From assembly GCA_965198065.1 (NCBI GenBank), contig CBDAON010000004.1, positions 416,001 to 480,000 of the forward strand: a DNA stretch of 64,000 bases, written 5' to 3'. The position numbers and the translations under genes were made by a program. The DNA comes from Longimicrobiales bacterium (GTDB lineage: Bacteria > Gemmatimonadota > Gemmatimonadetes > Longimicrobiales > Gaopeijiaceae). The notes beneath the pieces are model-generated. The model made no database searches. It was not told where the DNA came from and saw only the letters and a program-made list of their open reading frames with translations. Below, one piece after another: positions 31,796 to 41,438 of this stretch. Numbering within the stretch: the stretch's first letter is position 1; each line of letters opens with the position of its first letter.

Positions 31796-32809
31796 CCTCC
31801 TCGCCCTCGCAGTCGAACTCGAAGATGAAGGGCGCTCCGACGTTCGTGTCGGTACCGCAATCCAAGAAGTCAACGGTTACCGACGTGACCGTGCCGGCCC
31901 CAAACTGGATGGGAATCGCCGTGATGCCGAACTCGGAGGTATTGGAACCGCCGTACCAGATGAGGCCGTTCTCGTCGGTGAAACTGGCCACCGTGCCGTT
32001 TGCCTTCCTCGGGAGATCCGCCAGAACGTGGAATCCGCCGGTGTTGTTGAAGACGAGCGTCACAGTGTTGGACGCGCGGAGCGACGTCTCCCCGCCGCTC
32101 ACCAGCTGGGCGGAGACCGTATGCGATCCGTTGGCGTGTCTCACGAACGCGACGCCGGCCTCCTCGTCCACCGTGCCGCAGGCCGCGCCAGCCTCGCCGC
32201 TCGAGTAGCACCCGGAGTCGAAGGACAGCGTGATCCTCTGGATCGCCTGTGCGTCAGGACCGTCCCCTTCGGCGGCAGTGGCGACGCCGAGCGTCTGTGA
32301 CGCGACCGCCGTGTTGTCGACCAGAAGATCGACGCGCTCGAGGATTTCCGTGCCGCGCTCGATGTTCAGCGCCACGTCGACCTGGCCCTGGATGTTGCCG
32401 ATCGGCGCCGAGGCTCCGCCCTGGTTAATCGCCGCAATCGTCACCCTGGCCGCCGTGGTCACGACGGCGGGGACCGTCAGCGAAGCCGATACGGTGAACG
32501 TCTCGGACCCTTTCGTGACCACGGCCGTGACGAGGTAGCTGCCCGACGAGCTGCTGCTGGCGCTGCAGCCGTTCGTCGTGTCCTGCGCGGTGGCCGGCGC
32601 CTGGCTCACGGAGCACGTCCACGTCGCCGTCCCTGTGCCGCCAGTGACGTTGAGCGCAAAGTTCGCTGTTGCTCCCACCGCGACCGTCTGCGTGCCCGGC
32701 GCAAAAGCCGCGCTCAGCGGAGCCGCGCCGTCTCCGACGACGATCTCATCTCCGCTACCCCGAACGTCGGAAGCACGGCCACCAGAGCGGTGCGAAGAGG
32801 CTTGAACAT
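31790..32809 (-). pseudogene. N-terminal part of a large Ig-like surface lipoprotein
   Basis: MFKPLRTALVAVLPTFGVA then frameshift at the lipobox, GDEIVVGD...TQTVAVGATANF...VTIAAINQG..NIQGQVDVALNIE; coding character ends near 31790. Confidence 0.6.
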
Positions 32810-33132
32810 TCGTCCCTGAGCCTTAGTCGGGCCACGGTCTGGGTAGCCCGTAGAAACCGGTCGGCCATCGGCCGCCCCAACCTACCGACCCCGATCTCGA
32901 GTCGAGCTTCGCGCCCCTCCAGCTCGGGCTCCGGCATGCCGTAGCATACGGCACGTCGCCCCGCTGACCAATGGTCTAATAGGACACCGCCTGCCGCGTC
33001 AGACGGTCGGCATCTCCGTAAGGTTCGAGGGACCTTCCCGGATCTCCCACTCCTCCTTTCGTTCGTCGAAGTGCGCCCAGCCCCAGCCGTCCAGACGATC
33101 GTCCACGATGATGACGGGATTCAGCAGCTTGA

Positions 33133-33187
33133 TGCCGGGAGCGGGACTCGAACCCGAAAGGGATTGCTCCCAGAGGTTTTTTAGTCT
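33133..33187 (-). other. Degenerate 3' half of a tRNA-Leu-like gene: probable att remnant
   Basis: Minus strand reads AGACTAAAAAACCTCTGGGAGCAATCCCTTTCGGGTTCGAGTCCCGCTCCCGGCA: T-arm GGGTTCGAGTCCC, long variable arm GGGA-GCAA-TCCC, acceptor 3' strand. No D-arm or 5' half. Confidence 0.7.
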
Positions 33188-33564
33188 GAATCCGGCCTTT
33201 ATGGCCTTGTGTGCCCGAGTTGGGCAGCGTATCGGGAAGGCTACTCCTGCTTGGGCCCTTCCCCTCCCTATCGTGTGTCCCTGTATGCTCTAGTTACCCA
33301 GAGTATGGCGCGTTTGGCACACCACTGGCACACCAGATGGGAGGCACTTCGGACCACGAAGAAGACAGCCACAACCCGTCCGACTCGAAGTAGAGAAATA
33401 GGAATAGTCGCGGAGTGGAGGCAAGTTGACATGAATGGTGGGATCAACGGGAATGGCCGGCGCGGCGGCTGTCACTATGCAAGTCACCCCGTTTTGGCGC
33501 CCATAGGAACAGCAAGCGGTATTGTGATGTGGGAGGAGCCTCACATCCGAATGGTCAAATACAG

Positions 33565-33718
33565 TGAGTGGGTCCACTATGAGGGGATCCAGCTCGACGT
33601 CTTCGAACGTCTGCTCTCCGTGTTGCCCGAGTCCGGACGGCGTGTGTTTCCGGCGCCAGCGGGCGGCGATGTTCAGGCGCTCAGGCAGAGAGCACCCGAC
33701 ACGGCGGCGCAGGCATGA
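33565..33718 (+). pseudogene. C-terminal scrap of a YbdG-like mechanosensitive channel
   Basis: EWVHYEGIQLDVFERLLSVLPESGRRVFPAPAGGD resembles the YbdG C-terminus W..YE.IQ.DIF.H...EFGLR..Q.P.G.D; its stop overlaps the next ATG. Confidence 0.6.
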
Positions 33719-34797
33719 TGGAGTTCCTCACACAGACGCCCTGGGTCCAGCAGGTTGGCTTCGTCCTCGGTGGGCTTCTGCTCGGTATCCTCACGGAGCG
33801 ATTCCTGGTCGGCACCTTCCACGCCATCGCCAAGCGTACCCAATCGACCTGGGACGATCTCTTGATCCAAGCGGTCCACCGGATGCCACTGGTCTGGTGG
33901 ACCGCAGCCGGTGTCTGGGCCGCGATGCGCGTACGCGGGTTCGACGCCGTGGCGCAGGCCCGGATCAACCAGGCCGTGGGCATCGTGATCATCGGGTCGT
34001 TTACGGTGATCACGATGCGGCTGGCCTCAGGCGTGATCACCCGCTTCTCCGCGCGCAGCCAGGCGGGACTCCCATCGACGTCGCTCGTCAGTCACCTTGC
34101 CAACCTCGTCATCGGCACGATCGGGCTCTTCCTCATTCTGCAGAACCTGAGCATCGAGATCACGCCGCTCATCACGGCGCTCGGGATCGGCGGTCTGGCG
34201 GTCGCGCTCGCGCTTCAGGACACGCTCGGCAACCTGTTCGCCGGCGTCTCCATCATCGTTGCGGGCCAGGTCCGGACCAACGACTACATTCGGCTCGCGT
34301 CCGGTGAGGCAGGATTCGTCACGGACGTGAAGGCGCGCAACACGACGATCCGGACGTTTCCCCACGGCAACCTCGTGGTGATTCCCAACGCCGTCATGGC
34401 AGCGAACATCGTCACCAACTACAGCCTGCCCGAACTCAGTCTGTGGATCGAGGTGGCGGTCGGTGTCGCCTACGACAGCGACCTCGAGCACGTCGAACGG
34501 GTTGCGGTCGAGGTTAGCAGGCAGACTCTGAAGGAAGTCGAGGGGAGACCGCCCGAGACCGAACCCATGGTCCGCTATCGGGAGTTCGGGGACTCGAGCA
34601 TCAACTTCGACGTGCTCCTCCCGGTCTCGAAGTTTAGTCAGCAGTTCATTATCCGGCACGATTTCATCAAGAACCTGCACGCCCGGTTCAACCAGGAGGG
34701 AATCGAGATCCCGTTCCCGATCCGCACGGTTTACATGCGCAACGATGAGCCGGCGCCGCTGCAGTCCACACTACCGAGCCCCAGCCCGTTGCCCTGA
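33715..34797 (+). CDS. MscS-family small-conductance mechanosensitive channel
   Basis: LITALGIGGLAVALALQDTLGNLFAG, G.V.DV..R.T.IRT, IPN, VGVAYDSD, FGDSSINF, GIEIPFP. Confidence 0.93.
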   Translation: MMEFLTQTPWVQQVGFVLGGLLLGILTERFLVGTFHAIAKRTQSTWDDLLIQAVHRMPLVWWTAAGVWAAMRVRGFDAVAQARINQAVGIVIIGSFTVITMRLASGVITRFSARSQAGLPSTSLVSHLANLVIGTIGLFLILQNLSIEITPLITALGIGGLAVALALQDTLGNLFAGVSIIVAGQVRTNDYIRLASGEAGFVTDVKARNTTIRTFPHGNLVVIPNAVMAANIVTNYSLPELSLWIEVAVGVAYDSDLEHVERVAVEVSRQTLKEVEGRPPETEPMVRYREFGDSSINFDVLLPVSKFSQQFIIRHDFIKNLHARFNQEGIEIPFPIRTVYMRNDEPAPLQSTLPSPSPLP

Positions 34798-34913
34798 CCT
34801 GGGCGCAGTGGCTGGAACGGGAGATAGGAAGCACAACTCGATGTCCCTTGCCCTGAACAAGCCGAAGCTCGACAACCTCGCCGACGCACTACGACGAACT
34901 CGCGGATTCTAAG

Positions 34914-35369
34914 TGACCTGACCCGCTGAAACGAGACCAGGTGCAATGTTAGGATCGACCTGGTCCGAAGCTTTTCAGCGAGGAGGTCAGGATGGGAAGG
35001 AAGCGACACACTCCGGAGCAGATCATCACTGCAGTGCGGGAGGCAGAGGTCGGTCTGGCCGGCGGCAAATCCGTGAAGCTGATCAGGGGGGAGCTCGGCA
35101 TCACCGAGCAGACGTACTACCGGTGGAGGCGGGAGTACGGCGGGATGAAGGTGAGCCAGGCACGGCGCCTGAAGGAGCTCGAGCGCGAGAACGGGCGCCT
35201 GAAGCGAGCAGTGGCGGACTTGACACTGGACAAGCTGATCGTGGAGGAAGCGGCCAAGGGAAACTTCTGAGCCCCGAGCGCCGACGACGTTGTGTGGTGC
35301 GTGTACGTCAGCAGCTCGGGGCGTCGGAGAGGAGAGCGTGCCGGGTGCTCGGGCAGCCACGCACGACCC
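34914..35369 (+). mobile_element. 5' fragment of the same IS3 as 28828-31285 (left end, intact orfA 34992-35270)
   Basis: Near-identical to the reverse complement of the 29640-31285 copy minus its nested IS; truncated after GQPRTTQ. Confidence 0.92.
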
Positions 35370-35428
35370 AGGAATGGGCAGACTATCTGGACCGGTGTGC
35401 AGTATCGTCCAGCACTGTCCATAAGTAA
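35369..35428 (+). pseudogene. C-terminal scrap of a P4-type integrase
   Basis: QEWADYLD is the usual P4-integrase C-terminal motif (MQ.WADYLD). Confidence 0.55.
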
Positions 35429-35525
35429 CTGCTATAACAATAAGTTATGGACATGTCCTAGCGGATTCTTCCAACTTGACATCCATTGATATCCGCTTCC
35501 ATCCCATATATTATATGGGGATGGA
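35416..35525. other. AT-rich att-like/promoter region with two inverted repeats
   Basis: TGTCCATAA-N20-TTATGGACA (35416-35453) and TCCATCCCATATA-T-TATATGGGGATGGA (35498-35525), directly upstream of an integrase. Confidence 0.5.
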
Positions 35526-36351
35526 TTCTGTAACGAACAAGGCCACTCCGCCGCGGAAAACCAAGCCCAAGGGCCGCCATCCTGACAAGGCCCTGTCGGC
35601 CGCTTTCGTGCGCACCGCCCCGCCTGGAAGACACGCGGACGGCAACGGGTTGTACCTCTACGTGCAGCCGACGGGAACGCGGAGCTGGATTCAGCGGCTC
35701 GTGATCCGGGGCCGCAAGCGCGAGCTCGGGCTCGGCAGCGTCGCTCTGGTCTCGCTGGCCGAGGCCCGCGAGCAGGCGCTGGCCAACCGCAAGCTCGCCC
35801 GCACGGGCGGCGACCCGCTGGCTGAGAAGCGGCGCTCTGTTGGCATACCCACGTTCGCCGAAGCCGCTCGACGTGTGGTCGAGCAGAAGAGGGCCGGGTG
35901 GCGAAGTCGGGCGCAGGGCCGCGACTGGATCTTGACCTTCGAGCGGTACGCCTTCCCGCGCATCGGGAAGATGCCGGTCTCGGAGGTCACTAGCGCCGAC
36001 GTGCTGGAGATCCTCGCTCCCATCTGGCACACGAAGGCGGACACCGCCCGGCGGTTGCGGCAGCGCATCCGCGCGGTGTTGGAGTGGGCGGTGGCGATGG
36101 AGTTCCGGATCGACAACCCGTGCGACCGGATCGGCCCGGTCCTGGGTCCCCAGCGTGACGTCGTGCAGCACATGCGGGCGCTGCCGCATCGAGAGGTGGC
36201 CGCGGCCATCCAGACCGCGCGGGCATCAACGGTGCCGCTGGCCGTCCGGCTGGCGTTCGAGTTCCTGGTGCTGACGGCGGCACGATGGGGTGAGGTGCGG
36301 TGGGCCGAGTGGGCAGAAGCCGACAGGTTCACATCTGCTTGGGGTAATTGA
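35515..36351 (+). pseudogene. P4-type tyrosine integrase, truncated after the first catalytic Arg
   Basis: Arm-binding domain DGNGLYL.V..TG.RSW...LGLG...VSLAEARE, then FLVLTAARWGEVRWAEW; homology stops near 36328 with no HxxR or catalytic Tyr. Confidence 0.88.
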
Positions 36352-36404
36352 ACTTACGGACGTACCCAACCGGGTTCCCGCCGTTTGATTCCCGCTGATT
36401 GGTC

Positions 36405-37568
36405 TCAGGCGCGAACTCTGCGACGGCTCTCCAGAGCCTTCCTGAGCTGTGCCTCATCGGCCCGCTGGTAGCAGTGCAGCACCGTCTTGGCCTCCTTCCA
36501 ACCGCCGAGTTCGCAGAGCACCTTGAGCGGCTGGTCCATGAGGTCGGAGGCGAACTTCCGCCTTAGGGAGTGCCAGCCGCGGCCACGCTTGGATTCCAGC
36601 CCTGCGAGCGCTACGGCCTTCTCCCACCAGCGCTGCATCCACGAACAGCTCACGCACCTCGAGCGATCCCAAGGCGAGGGCAGCACGGGTGCGTCCCCGA
36701 TACCGGGATTCCTCTTTCGCGCCTCCTCCAGGGCAGCGAGCGCCTCGGCGGTCACCGGCGTCCGGTGCTCGTAGCCCGACTTGTCGTGCTCTGCGTGCCA
36801 CCGCACCACTCCGCATTCAAGGTCGACATCCGACCATCGAAGCTGACGGATGGCGCCGATGCGGTGTCCTGTCTCGTGTGCGAGGACCAGAGCAACGTGA
36901 AAGCGCCAGTCCATCTCCAGAGACACGTGGAGCAGGACCCGGTATTCTTCCTCGGTAAGCATCACCCGTGTCGGGTTCTTCTCCGTGGGCGTCTTCAGGC
37001 CCTTGAGCGGGTTCGAGCCGAGGAGCAGTTCGCCCCGCTCGTCCCTCGACTTCACGGCCCAGTTGAGGACCGCGAGCAGGAACTTCAAGTCCCGTTCGAT
37101 CATCCGGTCGGACACGGGTTTGCCGCTCGGGCCAACCCTGCCCGCGCGGCGCTCCCGGATGAACCGGTCCCAGTCGCGCTGGGAGAGCGTTGCGGGCTTC
37201 CGGTCCCTGCCGAAGCAACCGAGGAACATCCTCATCGCGGCCCTGTCGTGCAGCCGCGACTGCCCACGCTTGGTGGGCGTCACCTCTTCACCGTAGATGT
37301 CAAAAAGCGTCTCCAGGGTGAGCGGCTCGGACTCGGCTTCCGCCTTGCCCTCGATCTCCGGCCCGGCGAAGCCAGCGGCGAACTCGTCCGCCTGCCGCTT
37401 CGCCCGTCTCCAGTCGCGGTGCTTGAGCGACCTTGTGAGCCTGCGCCCGTTCTCGCGCCACTCGATCTGGAACAGGCCGGTCTTGGGATCGGGAAAGACC
37501 CGGACCCGGTTCCGGCCCCATTCGCCGGCGCCGTAGCTGCGCCGGATAGGTTTCGTGCGTGCCATCAT
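36405..37568 (-). CDS. Tyrosine recombinase/integrase of the ICE
   Basis: HETGHRIGAIRQLRWSDVD (R), HDK (K), WHSLRRKFAS (HxxR), LGGWK, HCYQ (Y). Confidence 0.92.
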   Translation of the reverse strand: MMARTKPIRRSYGAGEWGRNRVRVFPDPKTGLFQIEWRENGRRLTRSLKHRDWRRAKRQADEFAAGFAGPEIEGKAEAESEPLTLETLFDIYGEEVTPTKRGQSRLHDRAAMRMFLGCFGRDRKPATLSQRDWDRFIRERRAGRVGPSGKPVSDRMIERDLKFLLAVLNWAVKSRDERGELLLGSNPLKGLKTPTEKNPTRVMLTEEEYRVLLHVSLEMDWRFHVALVLAHETGHRIGAIRQLRWSDVDLECGVVRWHAEHDKSGYEHRTPVTAEALAALEEARKRNPGIGDAPVLPSPWDRSRCVSCSWMQRWWEKAVALAGLESKRGRGWHSLRRKFASDLMDQPLKVLCELGGWKEAKTVLHCYQRADEAQLRKALESRRRVRA

Positions 37569-37948
37569 TCGATTCCTTTTTCGATGATGGACTGCACGAT
37601 CTGCGCATTGGAAACTTGGCGCGGACGAAGCTCGTTGACCACTCGCGGCTCGGCTGGTGCCTTCCGTGGCAGGTGTCTGCGGGCGATCCTGGGCGCGCCG
37701 GGTCTTCCGGCGTTGGGGATCTTGCCGTCCCGCACAAGACGGCCGAGATGGTCAGCGGAGTAGCCGCTCTCCCTGGCTGCCTCCGTCAGCGAGAGGGTGG
37801 TCTCGTCCCTCTCCCGGAGCGTGGCCTCGAGCTCGGCCGCGCAGCTTTCGAGCGCGACGGCTGGCGTCTCGCCCCCGTACCGGCGGAGCGCCTTGGCCTG
37901 CGTCCGCCAGGTGGCTGGCAGGGTCTCGACGGATGCACGGCCGGTCAT
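37565..37948 (-). CDS. Excisionase-like HTH protein
   Basis: LSLTEAARESGYSADHLGRLVRDGKIP; stop overlaps the integrase start. Confidence 0.7.
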   Translation of the reverse strand: MTGRASVETLPATWRTQAKALRRYGGETPAVALESCAAELEATLRERDETTLSLTEAARESGYSADHLGRLVRDGKIPNAGRPGAPRIARRHLPRKAPAEPRVVNELRPRQVSNAQIVQSIIEKGIE

Positions 37949-37964
37949 GCGCGTCCGTCCGCGC

Positions 37965-38279
37965 TCAGTCCCAGTCACCTTCGGCGTCCCTGCGGAGCGC
38001 GTCGGTGAGGCCCGGGTCCCCGTCGCCGCGCCGTACAGACCGTTCGGCGAGATCGACGCGCCGCCCGAGGTCGGCGAGTCCGGCTGCACGAGCGACGGCG
38101 TAGATGGCGGCCGCAACGGCTGCGAGTGCGAGCCCGGCGTGCACTGCGATCAAGATGCCGTGGTTGGCGAGGATCACCGTCCAGAACGGCGCGAGGAATT
38201 CGAGGCGCGGACCGGCGAGCAGCACGGCAGACCCCGCGATCGCGGCGGTGAGTCCTGCACTGATTTTCCAAGGCTGCAT
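37965..38279 (-). CDS. Small membrane protein, unknown function
   Basis: 104 aa, 2-3 hydrophobic segments, in operon order with an upstream GGAG. Confidence 0.65.
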   Translation of the reverse strand: MQPWKISAGLTAAIAGSAVLLAGPRLEFLAPFWTVILANHGILIAVHAGLALAAVAAAIYAVARAAGLADLGRRVDLAERSVRRGDGDPGLTDALRRDAEGDWD

Positions 38280-38298
38280 GGCAGGCTACTCGTGGGAG

Positions 38299-39186
38299 TC
38301 AGAGTTCAAGCGCGGCCGGATCCCGGTCGGTCGGCCCTCGCAGGGAGGAGCGATCTCCGCCGTCGCCCACGCCGAGTGAGCGGAGCAGACGCGCGGCCGC
38401 CGGTCCGTTGGCGTGCATCCGGAACCCGGCGGCGGCCTTGGCGCGGACGGACCGTTCGCGGTAGTTGCCCGAGGCGACCTCGATGTTGACGCGTCCGGTG
38501 CGCCCCTCGGAGTCGGTGTACTCGATCTGCGCATCCGGGTAGAGCACGCGTCCCCGCGCATCGATCGGCAAGCCGAGCTCCTCGGCCACGCGGTGCCGCT
38601 CGGCGTCTGCGGCCCGCCGGCCGTCTTTCGCCCGCGCGGACTCACTGCGGCGCGCGACGGTGCTCCTGAGTTCGGTGTCGAGCCGGATGCGCCGCACGGT
38701 GGCACCCCAGTCGAGGAGGCGTTGCTGCTCCTTTCGGCAGGCGCGATAGACGGCGATGTCGTGCGCGGCCTCGGAGGGGCGGATGCGCGCGAACCGGATC
38801 TCCTGGCCGGGATCCATTCCCCGTTCGCCGGCCCGCAGCCGAGCCTCGGCCACGCCTTTCCGCGTGAGGGTCAGGACCTTGAACGGGTTGCCCTTGGGTC
38901 CGGTGGCCTGGGTCTCCTGGGCGAGCCCGTCGCGGACCCAAGCGTTCACGGCCCGCCGGGTGGTGTAGGGATGCCCGCCGAAGTGGGCCTCGGCGAGATC
39001 GCGGTACGATACGGCTCCGTAGACGCCGATGTCGGCAAGCGCACGGCCGCACCGTTCGGGGAAGGAGATGGACCCGCGGTCCCGGCTCGCGGCGTGTTCT
39101 CGGCGATGGCCGTTCCGCATGCGTTGGTTCGCGCGGCTGGGTGGCGCGGCGGGACGCGGGTCCGGTTCGATCGTGCGATCGAACAT
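38299..39186 (-). CDS. Winged-helix plus PD-(D/E)XK protein, Replic_Relax/MOBC-like relaxase candidate
   Basis: wHTH (LADIGVYGAVSYRDL...VLTLTRKG), AAHDIAVY, YPDAQIEY...VNIEVASGNY....RAK. Confidence 0.6.
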   Translation of the reverse strand: MFDRTIEPDPRPAAPPSRANQRMRNGHRREHAASRDRGSISFPERCGRALADIGVYGAVSYRDLAEAHFGGHPYTTRRAVNAWVRDGLAQETQATGPKGNPFKVLTLTRKGVAEARLRAGERGMDPGQEIRFARIRPSEAAHDIAVYRACRKEQQRLLDWGATVRRIRLDTELRSTVARRSESARAKDGRRAADAERHRVAEELGLPIDARGRVLYPDAQIEYTDSEGRTGRVNIEVASGNYRERSVRAKAAAGFRMHANGPAAARLLRSLGVGDGGDRSSLRGPTDRDPAALEL

Positions 39187-39208
39187 CTCCTGGGCTCCTC
39201 CCCGGTCG

Positions 39209-40237
39209 TCAGCGGCGAGGAGCGAAGCTCCGCTCCGGGATCGGGAGCGACGGCACGGGGTGGACGGCCCGGCCTGGCGCGGGTGCGCGGGTCGCGGCCA
39301 CGGGCGTGGGCTCCCGCTCGGCCTGGCGCTCACGGCTCCGCGTCAGCACGAAGTCGGAGATCTTCTGCGCGTCAGCCGCGGCGCGGCGGATCTCCCGGGG
39401 ATCCTCCTCGAGGGCGGCGACCCACCCCTCGACATAGGCGGCCCCGCGGCTCGGGTCGTGGCCGACGCCCACGCGCTCGCCCGTCATCATCGCGCTGATT
39501 TCCGCGCGGAGCTCCTCCTTCGCATAGGCCGGCGACCCGAACCCTTCGCCGATCCCTTGGGTGAGCGTTGGGCGGTTCATCCGTTCTGGATGGCCGGTGC
39601 TGTGCCCCAGCTCGTGCAGCGCCGTCTGGTAGTAGTGGTTCGCGGAGGGGAACTGTCCGCGCTCGGGGAGCACGATCTCGTCGCGGTTCAGGTTGTAGAA
39701 CGCCCGGTCCCCCGCCACGTGACGGACGGGGACCCCGCCGTCCTCGAGGACGCGTTCGGCCTGCTGGTGCACCTTCCAGAGCGGCTCGGCCGTGGGTGTG
39801 GGCCGGGCCGGGAGGCCGTCGGCCTGCTCGGCGTTGAAGACGGTGTACTGCCGGACGACGGGCGTGGGCATCCGCTCGTAGCGGTAGACGCGCTTGCCCT
39901 CGGCGTCCCTCCTGGGCCGTCCGCGCTCGTCGGTGACGGCGATCTTCCGGTGGTCCTGGAAGGAGAGGATGCGGGTGCCCTGCTCGCCCTTCCGGACCTG
40001 TCCGCCCCGGGCCTGGATCTGGCGGTAGGTTCCCCAGCGCACGTCGCCGTAGCCGCGCTCCTGCTGGACGGCGGCAAGGTGCAGGCTGTTCCCTCCGGCG
40101 TAGGAGCGTCCGGTATCGACGTTCGCGGGGAGCACGCGCTCGCCCGGCCCCCAGGGCTTCTGCCAGGGGGCCGTGCCCTGGCGGATCTGCTCGATGACCC
40201 GGTCGGCGAACTGGCGGTGATATTCGTCGTGTTTCAT
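39209..40237 (-). CDS. ardC: Antirestriction protein ArdC (ssDNA-binding domain plus zincin-like domain)
   Basis: GTAPWQKPW, TGRSYAGGN, WGTYRQIQARGGQVRKGE, YTVFNAEQ, ALHELGHSTGH..R..R, YAKEELRAE. Confidence 0.9.
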   Translation of the reverse strand: MKHDEYHRQFADRVIEQIRQGTAPWQKPWGPGERVLPANVDTGRSYAGGNSLHLAAVQQERGYGDVRWGTYRQIQARGGQVRKGEQGTRILSFQDHRKIAVTDERGRPRRDAEGKRVYRYERMPTPVVRQYTVFNAEQADGLPARPTPTAEPLWKVHQQAERVLEDGGVPVRHVAGDRAFYNLNRDEIVLPERGQFPSANHYYQTALHELGHSTGHPERMNRPTLTQGIGEGFGSPAYAKEELRAEISAMMTGERVGVGHDPSRGAAYVEGWVAALEEDPREIRRAAADAQKISDFVLTRSRERQAEREPTPVAATRAPAPGRAVHPVPSLPIPERSFAPRR

Positions 40238-40434
40238 AGCTCTTCCTCCTCGGGGCCGTGCGGATCCTCTCCGGCGTCGCGGATCTCGTCCTCGCTGCCC
40301 ACGTCCTCGGAGAAGAGGCCGTACTCTTCGGCCAGCGAGGCCGGCACCTCGAGGGCCTCGCCTCCGTCGCGCGCGAGTTCGCGGTCGAAGTCATCGAGCG
40401 TCTCGACGCGAACGATGTTCTCGTCGCCTTTCAT
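40234..40434 (-). CDS. Small, very acidic protein (66 aa)
   Basis: ATGA-type overlaps with both neighbours; D/E-rich. Confidence 0.65.
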   Translation of the reverse strand: MKGDENIVRVETLDDFDRELARDGGEALEVPASLAEEYGLFSEDVGSEDEIRDAGEDPHGPEEEEL

Positions 40435-41438
40435 GGGTTCACCTCCTCGGTGTGTGGGTGCTGTTCTTGCGGGGCTTCGTCGGCCCCGCTCCAGATCGGT
40501 TCGGCGATCCAGCGGCCCTTGGCCGCGTCGTAGCCGCGCACTTCGAGTGCCTCCTCGACGAACCGCCTGCCCCGTTGCCGGGCCGTGTGTAGCACAAGTG
40601 CGATCCCGTCGACGACGCCCCGGCAGGTGACCTCCCAGGGGAGCGCCCCTCCGGCTTGCATGGCACAGCTCGCGAGGCGCGAGAGCGCGGAGCGTGCGTT
40701 GTTGGCGTGGACGGTGGTGAGCGAGCCGCCGTGGCCGGTGTTGAGCGCCTGGAGCAGATCGGCGGCCTCGCCGCCTCGCACCTCGCCGACGACGATGTGA
40801 TCGGGCCGGTGGCGCAGCGCGTGCCGGACCAGGTCGCGGATCGATACGGGCGCGTCGGAGCCCGCCGCTCCGGCCTCGAAGCGCAGGCAGTTGGTCCGGT
40901 CGATCCTGAGCTCGAGCGTGTCCTCGATGGCGACGATCCGCTCCTCTTCTGGGAGCAGCTCGATCAGCGCGTTCAGCAGCGTGGTCTTGCCCGAGCCGGT
41001 GCCTCCGGAGACCAGGATGTTCCTGCGGGCCAAGAGGGCCGACCGGGCGGCCCCGAGGACCGTCTCCGGCAGCGAGCCCATGCGCACCAGGTCCTGAGCC
41101 GAGAACGCGCGGCCCCCGAACCGGCGTATCGTCATAGCCACGTGGGGGCTCGCGGGCGGCGTGCAGATGGCGACCCTCGAGCCGTCCTCGAGCCGCGCAT
41201 CGAGGACGGGCCGTGTGGCCGGATCGAGCCCGAGCGGCCGCGCGATGTGGATCGCCGCCCGATGGAGCGCGGCGGCGGTAAGCGCCGGCGCCTCGATGGG
41301 CTCGAGCTCGCCGCCGCGTTCGACCCAGACGTTGCCGGGGCCGTTGATCATCAGCTCGGAGACCTCCGGATCCTCGAGCACGGCCTCAAGTCCCGGCAGA
41401 AACGGCTTCAGATGCCCGATCCCGCTCGCGCGCTTCAC
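40431..41438 (-). CDS. virB11: VirB11/TrbB/CpaF-family traffic ATPase
   Basis: [58 protein letters not shown] start at 41438. Confidence 0.92.
   Translation of the reverse strand: MKRASGIGHLKPFLPGLEAVLEDPEVSELMINGPGNVWVERGGELEPIEAPALTAAALHRAAIHIARPLGLDPATRPVLDARLEDGSRVAICTPPASPHVAMTIRRFGGRAFSAQDLVRMGSLPETVLGAARSALLARRNILVSGGTGSGKTTLLNALIELLPEEERIVAIEDTLELRIDRTNCLRFEAGAAGSDAPVSIRDLVRHALRHRPDHIVVGEVRGGEAADLLQALNTGHGGSLTTVHANNARSALSRLASCAMQAGGALPWEVTCRGVVDGIALVLHTARQRGRRFVEEALEVRGYDAAKGRWIAEPIWSGADEAPQEQHPHTEEVNP

Noticed and set aside
32937..32953. Palindrome TGCCGTA-GCA-TACGGCA upstream of the lipoprotein remnant
   Set aside because: A single 7-bp stem with no second copy; could be chance in GC-rich DNA.
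33133..33187. Functional tRNA gene
   Set aside because: Only the 3' half is present, the anticodon arm is degenerate and there is no CCA; kept as an att relic.
40431..41438. Tad pilus CpaF ATPase
   Set aside because: No flp, tadB/C or secretin; the context is a conjugative T4SS.
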